Assembly (NCBI RefSeq): GCF_004010195.1
Contig: NC_057721.1
Coordinates: 47,512,330 to 47,576,329 of the forward strand
Source: Chiloscyllium plagiosum
Lineage: Eukaryota
Length of the DNA stretch: 64,000 bases
Direction of reading: 5' to 3'
Both the position numbers and the translations under genes were made by a program. Position 1 is the first letter of the stretch, and every line of letters starts with the position of its first letter. Under the pieces are notes generated by a model. That model was given only the letters and a program-made list of their open reading frames with translations. It searched no databases and was not told the origin of the DNA. Positions 1-11,720 of this stretch are shown piece by piece.

Positions 1-1330
1 CCTCGTTCTCGTCATTCTCATGTTTCTCACATACGCATAAAATGCCTTTGGGTTATCCTTGATCCTATCCGCCAGAGATTTTTCATGCCCTCTCTTGGCT
101 CTCCTAATCCCTTTCTTCAGGTCCCTTCTGGCTATCCTGTATCCCTCCACTGCTCTGTCTGAACCTTGTTTCCTCAACCTTAAGTAAGCCTCCTTCCTCT
201 TTACAAGACATTCAACCTCCCTCGTCAACCAAGGTTCCCTTGGTCTTGAGTATATATAGTGACTGAGCAACCACAGACCTCTGGGGTACTGAATCCCAGA
301 GATTCACCATCGTCTGAATGAAGAGATTTCTTCCCATCTCAGTCCAAAATGGCATGCCCCTTATCCTAAGACAGTGTGCCCTTGTTATAAATCCCCCAGC
401 TTTTAGGGAAAATATCATTTTTTTGCATTTACCCTGCCGAGTCCTTTAAGAATTTTGAATGTTTCATAATATCATCTCTCTTTTTTCTTACCTTTAGAGA
501 ATACTTTGACCATAAGATACAGGAGCAGAATTAGGCCTTTTGGCCCATTAAGTCTGCTCCACATTTGATCATGGCTGATAGGTTTCAGAACCTTTCTCCC
601 TGTAACCTTTGATACCCTTACGAATCAAGAATTAGGCTCAATTTCTCCTCTTAACAATCCCACCATCTCCGGAATCAGTCTGGTGAAATTTTGTTGTTCT
701 ACAGGGTATGTAGGAAATCAAAAACGTACACAACACCCCAAATGCTGTCTCACCTACTTGTGATACAATTGCAACAAGGCAGTTTTACTCCTTTACTCAA
801 ATCCTCTTGGAATAAAGGCTAAACTACTATTTGCCTTCCTAATTACTCAATATACCAACACATTATCTTTCAGTTCATTGTGAACAAGGATACTCAGGTC
901 CCTTTGAACATGAACATTTCCTAATCTCTCCCTATTTAAAGAATGTACTGCATTTATGTTTTCCATCTGCCACATGCTTGACCATTCTATTAGTCTGTTC
1001 AAATCCCCCTGAAGCCACTTTTCATCATCCTAATAACTCACTTTTACCACTCAGTTTGCATCATGAGCAAAACTGAAAATATTACATTTGCTCCCCAATC
1101 CAAATCAATCCTATAAATTGTGAATAGCTCCGGCCCAAGCACTAAACATTGTGATACCCCATAGGTCACAGTTTGGCAACTTCAGAGTGAACCTATTTCT
1201 ACTCTGCTTCTGTCCTTGAATCAATCGTCAATCCATGCCAATATAATAACCAATATCCTATGTGCTTGAGTTTCATTTATTTACCTCTTGTGTGCACCAC
1301 CTTATCAAAACGTCAAATTAACCACATCCA
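1..1330 (-). mobile_element. Degraded CR1/L2-clade LINE fragments
   Basis: ORF 212..418 carries the CR1 ORF2 C-terminal pattern (LRIRG...EMxRNxF..V..W..P); RT-region remnants follow. Confidence 0.65.
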
Positions 1331-1334
1331 CTAG

Positions 1335-1862
1335 TGTGGTGTAAAATTATGTCCCAATACATGTGTGAATCATAATGTAACACATGTATTGGGCCAAGCA
1401 GTGGAATGTGGTGAAACGGTTAAAAATTATGTCCCAATACATGTGTGAATCTAACCGGAATGGAGGTGTTGCTTAGTCCCGTGTGAATCTTATTACACAC
1501 CTCCCCGTGTGAATCTTCTTATCTGTATGTAACCAGAATGGAATGTGTTTTTTAGCCTTGCTCTGCTGTTCACATGAATGTTTATATCTGGAAAAGAGTA
1601 TATCAGCTGGAAAAGTCTCCAGTTCGGTGAGTCTGCTCCGGGGTTACGTTTAACCGCCGAGCGTGGGTTGTTGGCAACCGCTCTACGAGAACTGACGGCT
1701 CCCAGTTCCGGTAACATGTAGAGTGAGTATAAGCCAGACCCGTTGGTTGTGGCGACGCTGCGGGGAATAAAATGCCCATATTCTAGCAGACTCGCCTCTT
1801 GGTCGTTTGTTCTGTGTCAGACTACTCTCCTACGAACCTGACCTTGAGAATTTTTTAAAACA
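1335..1862 (+). mobile_element. Solo LTR (528 bp), young
   Basis: TGT...ACA termini, perfect 5-bp TSD ACTAG (1330-1334, 1863-1867), TATAAG 1728, AATAAA 1766, many intact CpGs. Confidence 0.85.
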
Positions 1863-2051
1863 ACTAGGTACACCACAGAGAAGTTAGTGAACATTGACTT
1901 TTCCTGCTCCAAACAGTTCAACTTAACAATGGGAAGACAAATTTCCACTATTTCACTAACCTAGTTTGTGCTTCACGTTTAATTTGTTCTGTTTCTGTGT
2001 ATCCTTATTACGCATTCAGTATTTATCACCAATAATAAGACACCCATTTAC

Positions 2052-2176
2052 CTGCTGGGCAGCAAATAACTTGCCCTGGAACTTGCTGATGACAGTGAAT
2101 CCAGTCGGAACCTTTCGGTTCTCATACCATGCAACAGGAACCTTAAAATCCCTGGGATTGGCAAGACCATTGGCTC
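2052..2176 (-). CDS. HGD: HGD exon 10 ([41 protein letters not shown]); gene continues left of the window
   Basis: ttattag|...|gtaaat; 125 nt; [11 protein letters not shown] motif; exons 1-10 sum to 774 nt = 258 codons. Confidence 0.97.
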
Positions 2177-2454
2177 CTAATAAAGCAAATTAAATGAGTT
2201 TATAGGATTAATGTCATGGATCTTTGAGAATGTAGAAGAAAGTTATCTGACATGATGTAAGTATTTTCTTCTATTTTAAAGACAAATTCTATTTCCTCAA
2301 CTCATCAGAAAGAAGACATGTGATACCCCACTATAATTGGTGGAGGATGTACTTCAGGCAGATTAAATTCAAACTTTTTTTGTAATGTTGATGATATTAT
2401 TAGCACAGGATTTGTTTGTCTCAGGATTTGTTTGTCTCAAGATTCACTAAGGAT

Positions 2455-2690
2455 AGAGAAAATAGAAATTGCTGGAAAAGCTGAGCAGGTCTGGAAGCAT
2501 CTGTGGAGAGAAATCAGAGTTAACGTTTCGGGTCCAGTGACATTTCCTCAAAACCATTCTGAAGAAAGGTCATTGTACCTGAAACACTAACTCTGATTTC
2601 ATTCCACAGATACTGCCAGACTTGCTGAGCTTTGCCAGCAATTCTGTTTTTGTATTTGATTTCCAGCATCCACAGTACCTTCAATTTTTA
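2455..2690. mobile_element. Fold-back short element made of two opposed PLE-type 3' ends with degenerate hammerhead cores
   Basis: Left half (gaaattgctggaaaagctgagcaggtctgg...aacgtttcgggtccagtgac) is an imperfect reverse complement of the right half (ctgaagaaaggtcattgtacctgaaac...ccagcaattctg). Confidence 0.7.
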
Positions 2691-2937
2691 CTAAGGACAG
2701 GGAAAAATCTGGCTCCTGGCAGATAAGGAACAGTTAGAAACATTTTAACTAACCCACCACCATTGAAAAGTCCAGGAATAAACGATTGGAAATCTGTAAA
2801 AATCACTTATAAAGATTTCTAAAATTAATCAATGAAACCAATGAATTCTATCTAAACAAAAGTGTAATACTATGGATGCTGGCATTTGAAATAGAAACAG
2901 AAATGCTGGAAATACTCGGCAGCATCTGTGGAGAGAA

Positions 2938-3685
2938 GCAAAGAACAAAGAAAATTTACAGCCTAGGAACAGGCCTTCAGCCCTCCAAGCCTGAGCTGAT
3001 GCAAATCCACTGTCTAAACCTGTCGGCCAATTCCTAAGCATCTGTGTCCCTCTGCTCCCTGCCTACTCATGTATATGTCCAGACGTACCTTAAATGAATC
3101 TACCGTGTCTGCCTCTACTACGTCTGCTGGCAACGCGTTCCAGACACCTACCATCCTCTGTGTAAAGTACTTGCCACATGTATCCTCCTTAAACATTTCA
3201 CCTTACACCTTGAAAGTGTGACCTCTCGTCATTGAATCCTTCGCCCTGGGAAAAACCTTATCTCTATCCACCATGTCTATACCCTTAATGATTTTGTAGA
3301 CCTCAATCAGGTCCCCCCTCAATCTCCTTTTTTCCAATGAAAACAATTATAACCTACTCAACCTCTCTTCATAGCTAGCACCTTCCATACCAGGCAACAT
3401 CCTCGCAAACTTTCTCTGCACCCTCTCTAAAGCATCCACATCCTTTTGGTAATGTGGCGACCAGAAATACACAATATTCTAAATGCGGCTAAACCAATGT
3501 CTTGTACAATTTTAACATGACCTGCCAGCTCTTATACTCAATATCCCGTCCAATTAAGGTAAGCATACCATATGCCTTCTTGACCACTCTATTCACCTGT
3601 GCACCAACCTTCAGGGTACAATGGACCTGAACTCCCAGATCTCTCTGCTCATTAACTTTTCCCCAGGCTCTTCCATTTACTGTAG
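2938..3685 (-). mobile_element. CR1-like LINE 3' portion inserted into a fold-back element (halves about 2868-2940 and 3701-3810)
   Basis: ORF 3014..3196 YFTQRMVGVWNALP..VVEADT..SFK..LD; 3' tail at the left end; flanks rejoin into the 2455-type element. Confidence 0.8.
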
Positions 3686-3975
3686 ACTGTATAAAATTTA
3701 TAGCAGAGTTAACATTTCAGACCTGTTCTGAAGAAGGGTTTCAAACTCAAAATGTTAACTCTGTTTTCTCTACACAAATGCTGAGTTTCTCCAGTATTTC
3801 CAGTTTTTGATTAATATTTTAAGTCAATGGACTACCAGGTGATGCCTAATTTGCTGAGTATTTCCAATTCTTCTACCTACAACCCTGATATGTTTGCCCC
3901 ACATACATGTGCCACAATGTCACTGAGAATGGGTCTTGTTAAAGGCTAGGATATATTGCCAAGTAAAATCTTCAC

Positions 3976-4075
3976 CGATTGGTCCAAGATCAGGCAACTC
4001 AAAATGGCTTGCAAATATCTCCAAGATGTAACCTCGTGTCTCTTCAAAAACCTGCACACTGAAATGCATCCCTTG
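3976..4075 (-). CDS. HGD: HGD exon 9 ([34 protein letters not shown])
   Basis: tttctttcag|...|gtgaag; 100 nt; [10 protein letters not shown] motif. Confidence 0.97.
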
Positions 4076-5928
4076 CTGAAAGAAAAAAAATCAGAAATGT
4101 GTCACTATATTTTCTAGATGTTAGTGATTATTTTTCATACAAGCTATTATAATGTATGTCATGCAGATAAACTTCTCTAATTAAAAAAAAATCAATAATC
4201 TTTCTGAAAACAGAAAAGGTTACAAAAGGAGATTGTCATTGTGTGCAACTGAACTAATTGTATTAAAATTAGAATAGTGTGTGAAATGTGACCTTTTTAA
4301 CCTTTATGTTACTAACTAGTTTCTATATATAGGGTGAACAGCACCTGAAGCTAGCTCCATAATTTTAGAGATAAAAGCACCACATTCTTGAAGGATGCTA
4401 CTTCTCCTATTAGGTCTTTTAAATTATATTGGATTTAAATGCAACCATTTGTTGTCAATTCATATCTTTTAAAAATTAAATGTTCTTTCTCAGACTGGAG
4501 GATCATGGACAATGTTATTCCTGAAGATTCAATGGTACATCTGCTGTTTTTTTTATATATATAAAAATGACATGGACTTGAACATTTAAAAATTTGCCAA
4601 TGATACCAAACATGGAGGTGTGGCAATCAGTGAAGGTGATGTCAGTCAAGTGCAATAGGGTATTGATAGGCTAGAAAAATGGGCAATGTGGAATTTAATG
4701 GGAAGAAGTCGGAGGTGATGCATTTTGGCAAAAAGGTGGAGAAGTACAATACAAGCTAAATGACACAGAGACAGAGGGAGTGGGGATTCATGTACCTAGA
4801 CCTATGGGGTGACAGGACATGCTGAGAGAGCAGTTAGCAAGATAGGTGGAATCTTGGTATTCACAAGTAAAAGTACAGAATACAAAAGTACGCACGCTAT
4901 TCTGAGCCTTGAAAACATACGATTTGGCTACAACTGTACTTTTGGATTTAGTTAGTATCAACATATTTTAGGAAGCATATACAAGTTTTTGAGAAGGTGC
5001 ACAGAATGGTTCCAGTGATGAGATGTTTAACTATGAGGTAGGTTGGTGAAGGTATAGTTATTCCCCTTGGAACAAAGGGGAGCTCTGACAGAGATAAAAA
5101 AAGATTTTGACAGGATAAAGATCTAAGATTTTGGGTAAGAGGTGCAGGGACATGTGAGGAAGAATGTATTTTATGCAGAGATTGGTCACGACTTCAAACT
5201 TGTGCTTGTAAGACTAGTGGAAGCAGGGATGATCAGTGATTTCAAATAGAGATTGAAACAATATTTGAGGGAAATAACCTGCAGGGCTTTGGGAATATCA
5301 GGGAGAGTGGAACTGATGATCTTGATGAGCTGAATGCTGTCCTGGTGTGGAGTACCAATATGGAGTGGATTTTCAAATCCCAACTAAGTTGGGAGTAAGG
5401 GCATCTCAGAATTCCACGAATTTTAGAATGCAGTCTGATTTACAAAGGGCAGGAGATAGGGAATGAGAAACACATTCACCTGTATTAAATGGCCCTTTTA
5501 GCTCCTGTTGTTAATAAGTCTGGGAGCATAAGAGTGCAACTTTTAAAAGTGAACTCATACAGTTTGTGCTTAGCTGTTGGGTTCCAAACAGGGAAAAATT
5601 GAAGTGTTTTCAATGCAACGATTGCATTGGGACCTGGTGAATCTTGTGCTAGATTGTTTGAAGCACCTCTCACTTTGCCCTGCTTATCCACTTTTATGAG
5701 CATTGATTCTGCTGGGACTCCAAGGCACCACCTACTCTCACCATCACGGCTGGCTTTGCCAGTTACGTTCTGCAGGCAGTTCCTATCTCCTGGAGATTCT
5801 CAGCATCATGAAATGAGCTCTAGCCATTAAGGCATTTACATTTTAAAATGGTGTTGTCAGAGTGATAACAGCAGTGGCATGGGGTTGGGCTGAGAATCAT
5901 CCAGGTGTTAACTTCTGGTCTCTCTTAC

Positions 5929-6008
5929 CTGAATCACACAAATCTCATTAGGTTCAACCAGCATCTTTCCAAACTCTGTTGTAATCAGCAGGTTCCCTTT
6001 CTGGGGCA
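5929..6008 (-). CDS. HGD: HGD exon 8 ([27 protein letters not shown])
   Basis: ttgcag|...|gtaag; 80 nt. Confidence 0.97.
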
Positions 6009-6137
6009 CTGCAATCAAACAGGTATCTAATTAAAATCAACAGGCTTTAAAGAAAAAGCCTATGCTATATTTCCTATTGTCAGTTTTGGAGAACTATGAA
6101 CATATGAATTTAGGAGCAGACGTACATCAATCAGCGT

Positions 6138-6223
6138 TAAAAATCACACAACACCAGGTGACAGTCCAACAGGTTTATTTGGAAGCACTAGCTTTCGGAG
6201 CGCTGCTCCTTCATCAGGTGGTT
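6138..6223 (-). ncRNA. Short PLE-type repeat carrying an intact minimal hammerhead ribozyme motif (core 6186-6220)
   Basis: Minus strand CAC CUGAUGA A GGAGC AGC GCUCC GAAA GC UA GUG; related copies at about 19080-19155 (-) and 58390-58475 (+). Confidence 0.75.
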
Positions 6224-7504
6224 GTCACATCAATCAGTACCTCAATAAGTTCGTAGCTGGTCTATTTGTGTTCCAAATTCTATATTCACATTTACCTTTG
6301 ATAGCCCTCGAGTGCCCTGCTTGAACAGAATCTATCCACCTTTATCTTAAAAATATTTGATGACCCTGTCTCCACCATCCTCTGAAGGCACAGAGTTCTA
6401 AAGTTGTATAACCCTCAGGGTAAAGAATTCTCCTCATATCTGTCTTAAAGGGTGGTCCCTAATTTTAGAATCAGTATTATTTTACTCCTCAACTCTCCCA
6501 TTTTTCTTTTCCTGTGTATCATTCAGCAATCATCAAAAAATGAAAAATTGTTAAAAAAAAATCTGAAATCAGCAAGGTGGAATGGTAAGGCTTTCATATT
6601 TTCTTGTAATTGTCATTCTCTGTTATGCCATTCTGTCCAGTAAACACATAGATGATTAATATTCTGTGCCAGGGCGAAATGTGGGATTACACCTGGAAAA
6701 TGTTTACAAAAACTACTTTTGTTCTTTATTTTATTATGTAATGTAGGGAAAACTAGCAAGATCAGAATCTGCAGCCATCTTTATTTCCCCTTCAGTGGCT
6801 TATTCGACCATTTCTAGGAAGAGTCAACTACATTGCTGTGGATCTGCAGTGACATGTAGCCCAGACCAGATAAAGAAAGCAGATTTCTTCTAAAGATACT
6901 TAGTGAACCATATGGGTTTTTACAGTGGTAGCTGTCATGGTCATGAACACTAACTTTATATTCCCCAGAGGATTAGATTAGGCCTCTGGCTTATTAGTCT
7001 AGTGACATTACAACTTTGCTATAATTTCTCCCTTTTATCATTGTGTAGAGTCATCACAGACAAAAATAGACTGAACATTAGCTACATTCTTTGGGATGAA
7101 AAGGGATAAAGCTCATTGGGCTAAGTTAAACTAGCACAAGATTAACATGAGGGAAAGATGGGAAGAAAACATTAGGCTAGATGTGAAAATTATTTACATG
7201 CTGGGTTGATAAATTAGCAATTAAATATAAACTGACTTGGAATAAAAGAAAGTGTGAACACTGAGGTTCCATGGAATAACAGTCATGAGCTCAAAAAGGC
7301 ACTTAATAAAGATTGGAGATGATGAAATAAATTAATGAGAGGTGTAAAAGGTATTGTTCTTTGGTAGAACTTGTCATATAGGCAGTGCAGCAGAAGTTCA
7401 CCAGGCTGATACTGGTGGTAGCAGAACTATCTTATGATGATAAGTTGGTTTGACTTGGATCCATTTTTACTTGAGTTTGGAATGATAATCCTAAGATCTT
7501 AGGA

Positions 7505-7975
7505 TGCAGTCCATTAGGACCTGGGAAGCAGTTCAGAGAGTATTTACTGGTCTGAAACCTGGAATGGGCAAGTTGTCTTATGAGGAGAAGTTGGACAGGC
7601 TATAGGCCTGTATCCACTGGAGTTTAAAAGGGTAAGGGACAGCTTGACTAGAATATAGAAACTCCTGAGAGATTTTGACAGGGTCCATATGGAAAGAATG
7701 TTTCCTCTTGTAAGAGAATCTAGAACTGAGGACCACTACTTAAAAATAAGAGTGACAAGGAGAATTATTTTCTCAGAAAGATCATAGATGTTTGAAATTC
7801 ACTTCCTCTAAAGCAGTAGAAACAGAGACTTTGAATGTTGTTGGACAGACATAAAGTCTTGGTAAGCAAAGAGGTGAAAATTTATTGAGAGTAGGTAGGA
7901 ATGTGGAGTAATTGGATCAACCATGATCTTAGTGAGTGGAGAAAAAGGCTCAAGGGGTCCACTGGCTTACTTTTC
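7505..7975 (+). mobile_element. CR1-like LINE 3' fragment
   Basis: Degenerate ORF2 end (ttctcagaaagatc...gaaattcacttcct) and 3' UTR ccatgatcttagtgagtgg...ggcttact. Confidence 0.6.
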
Positions 7976-8004
7976 ATTTTACCTAGTCATGCAATATTGG
8001 CAGT

Positions 8005-9170
8005 CCTGGCTGGCCAGCATTTATTGCCCATCCCTAGTTGCCTTTGAGAAGATGGTGGTGAGCTGCATTCTTGTACTGCTGCAGTCTATGCGCTGTAGGT
8101 AAATCCACAATATTGTTTGTGAGGCAGTTCCAGGATTTGATGCAGTGGCACTGAAAGAACATCAATATATTTCCAAGGCTGAATGGTGAGTGGCTTGGAG
8201 GGGAACTTGCAGGTCTCCTTTATTTTCTGCCCTTGACCTTCTGGATGGTAGTGTACACGGGTTTGAAAGGTGCTATCTGAGGAGCCATGGTAAATTTCTG
8301 CAGTGCATCTTATGGGTAGTACACACTGCCACTACTGAGTGTCGGCGGTTGATGGAGTAAATGTTTGTGAACGTGATGCCAGTCAAGAGGACTGCTTTGT
8401 CCTGGATGCTGTCAAGCTCATTGTTGTTGGAGCTGCCCATCCAGGCAACCTAGCAGTATTCCATCACACTCCTGACTTGTGTCTTGTAGATGGTGAACAG
8501 ACTTTGAAGAGTCAGGAGGTGAGTTACTTGCCACGATATTCCTAACCTCTGACCTGCTCTTGTTGCCACTGAGTTTATATGGCCTTTATAATTAAGGCCA
8601 ACATTCAATTTGTCCTCCCTACTATCTGCTGAACTTGGATGCTAACTATTTTGTGATGCCATGGATAAGGACTCCCAAATTTTTCTGTTCCTTAGCTTGC
8701 TGCAGTCTTTCTCCATTCAAGTAATAGTCAGCTCCATAAGTCTCTCTGCCAAAGTGCAAAGCCTCACATGCTGGCCCACGAGGTTGCAAATTGTGCTGGA
8801 GTATGATTCTGCTGCTGATGATGACCAGAGCACTTCAGACGCCTAGTCTTGACTTGCTAGATTTGTTCAAAATTTATCCCATTTAACATGGTGATTGCAC
8901 CACAACACATTGGAGGGTTTTCTCAATGTGAAGACAGAACTTTGTCTCCACAAGGACTGTGCGATGATCACCCTCACTAACACTTTCATGGATGGAGGAT
9001 GGATGCATCTATGGCAGACAGATTGGTGAGGTTGAGATCAAATATGTTTCTCCCCTCTCAGTTCTCTCACCACGAGCCACAGACCCAATTTAACAGCAAT
9101 GTCCTTCACATCAGCTTGGCCAGCTTGATCTGTATTGGTGCTGCTGAGCCAGTCTTGGTGATGAACATTA
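8005..9170 (-). mobile_element. CR1/L2-clade LINE fragments
   Basis: Terminal motif tggccagcatttattgcccatccctagttgcc recurs at about 50410, 62265, 63285 and 63910, and in reverse at 42680, 51660, 61580. Confidence 0.55.
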
Positions 9171-9866
9171 AAGCTTTAATTTTATTGTATTGCGAATACA
9201 GGGATAGGATTTGGCTGTCTTTCGTTTTGTACCAATGGCCACTTTATTATCATCCTTTATACTTATTTGTTCAATTTTCCTTGATAAGAGTATTCTCACT
9301 CTCTTTATATGATTCTGCTGAGTTTTTAATCAATTCTTCAGATTGGGGGTGTTGGTTTGATTTCAAAATTGAAGGAACACTTCTCTGAAACATTGTACCA
9401 GCTTTGATCATTACTGAGAAATTTCCTTTCCCTTGTAGGCTAAATATGAATCCAAGTGTTAATGGTAAAGGGGGCAGAGCTAATTCTACAGTAATTTCTA
9501 CAGTGAATCCAGGATGGATGTTGGAGTCTGAAATTAGTTACTTGGTCCTCAACAAAATGGTACATGCATGCCCTGTTTGATTTATTTCTTAGATTCATAT
9601 TCCGCTACACATCAAAAGAAAAGCTGCCACTTAAATACATTCTGTGCACTCTCAAGCAACGCTGCTTTCTAACATTGATTTTGTTCTATGGTCCCACCAG
9701 TAGAAGGCGCAAATTCATGGAATGCGTACTGATCCTACCTTCTATGCGGATGCTTTAATATTAAGTTTCAGAGGCGGTGTCATTGGAATCCATGGCAAAA
9801 TCATTTCTTTCAAGTTAAGATAATTTGCAAAGTGTATGAACTGACTTTTCAAAGGGTCTTACCTAC

Positions 9867-9901
9867 CTAGAAGGAAATCTCCATCTGAATTATAAAAAGA
9901 C
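9867..9901 (-). CDS. HGD: HGD exon 7 (SFYNSDGDFLL/V)
   Basis: tttcag|...|gtaggt; 35 nt; FYNSDGDFL motif. Confidence 0.94.
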
Positions 9902-10236
9902 CTGAAATACAAAATGTAAACATTAGAGGACTTCAGAATTTCATCAATTTAAGTAGGAAATTACATTGAAATACAAGGGTTTAATAGCTTAAAATGAGAT
10001 TGGGACAAAAAAATTATATTCACTGGCAGACCAATTTTTTAGTCTGGTATTTTGGTGAGAAACTCTTAGTCAAAACAGGACCTAGGCCTCAGATGAAATC
10101 CACAAAGGTGGCATGGTAGCAAACAACAGTTAAACATGAGAAATAACAAAAACAAGGATTCATTTCCTTTAATATCACAGAAAAAGGTAGAAAACAAGGT
10201 ATATGACAGAAAATGTTCTTAAAGGTAGTAACATAC

Positions 10237-10328
10237 TTATTCTCCATTGATGTGTTGCAAGCATAGATGTGAATAGCTAACCCATTTCGGGATCTGACAT
10301 CTCCAGCTCCACATAATGTATGTAATCC
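10237..10328 (-). CDS. HGD: HGD exon 6 ([31 protein letters not shown])
   Basis: ttcaccag|...|gtatg; 92 nt; visible inside ORF 10089..10367. Confidence 0.97.
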
Positions 10329-10934
10329 CTGGTGAAAAAGAATATCATTCAATAGCTGTGCTGCCAAAAGGAAATAGATGGTACACTGGAATGGACAGTT
10401 TATTCCTGGTCTAAGGACAAACTCATAACTGACTGAATGATAAAATCAATGTGGAGGATTTGTTTGTGCTGAAATAAAATTAACAACTAGTAGTTTCCCA
10501 AAACATATTCACTTTAATTTGCTCCAAAGAACATAAATAAGAACTGCCATCACATGTATTCTTTAATTAAAGTGCATTGTCCTTAATAAATTGAGAGACA
10601 CGAGTGTGCAATAGTTAACAGGATTCTATTTACATACGATACTTATATTTGTCTGGTCTATACTCGAAGACCTATTTGACCACTGCTGTAGTAACCTTGC
10701 TGAAATCCGCCTGAAGTTACACAGCAGGCACCTGCAGCTCACGGTATGATTCAAATGAAGCTCAAGACCCAATTCTAACCAGAACTCAGCAACCTGAGTA
10801 GCATTTGCTCCATTCCCAGTCCATGTTGGCAGTCCAGCATGTTCCAGTTTCCAGTCTATTAATGATATTTCCCTCGACATTATGTAAATTTGCAGGTGGA
10901 GAGACAATCAAAAGCAAAATAAAAGCAGTCTTAC

Positions 10935-10994
10935 TGTTACAAAGTCAACCATCTTCTCTGATGCTTTGTGAATTTTAAATGGAAGCCATCTAAG
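10935..10994 (-). CDS. HGD: HGD exon 5 (LRWLPFKIHKASEKMVDFVT)
   Basis: ttctag|...|gtaag; 60 nt. Confidence 0.95.
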
Positions 10995-11614
10995 CTAGAA
11001 GCAAGATAAAAGAAATTGCATGAGACAGATTTTATTTCAAAGCTGAGGCTGTACACTACAGGTGACCTGCCACTTTTTCAGACATTTCTTAGAACACTTT
11101 GAAGTGCTGACAAGATCAAAAGAATCAAAAATGTGTTCTGCAAAATCAAATAAAATCTTCCAATTTATAGTTATTAAAAGCACGAGAAATTTCTGCGTTT
11201 AGTAAATACCAGGAGCTTCTATTTAACAAATCAGTTCCCCAATGTCGTATTAAACATATCAAGTGGAAAAATGAATTGGTTTTGGTGACATTAATCTAAA
11301 TGGCATTGCAATTACCTGTTATTAACTGGTCTGTCCTCAGCAAATTTGTCTCCCTTCATTAAGATATTAGTAACATAAAATGTTCAGCTCATAGCTGAGT
11401 TATCAGTACAAACAAACATGGTTTTAGTCCAAAGTTATGTTGAAAAGATTGAACATACATCTTTGCCAATATTTAGCTACGATGTGCAACGCCTAAGACT
11501 GTTTGATTTATAAGATAAATTGTGCCTTTTATAGAAAGGCTGAAATCTTTTAAAAATGTGGCCCAAATATTCTTATGAGTGGATTATTGAAACTTGATGA
11601 AGAAATATTGTTAC

Positions 11615-11720
11615 CTGGTTGGGATCAGGGTTGATTTCATCCCAATTGTAGGACAGATTTCCCTGGGGTATGGAAGTGAAGGGCTTGTGAAGAACTGAAG
11701 GTACAATGCGATAAAACCAA
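11615..11720 (-). CDS. HGD: HGD exon 4 ([35 protein letters not shown])
   Basis: ttgtag|...|gtaac; 106 nt; phase consistent with neighbours. Confidence 0.97.
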
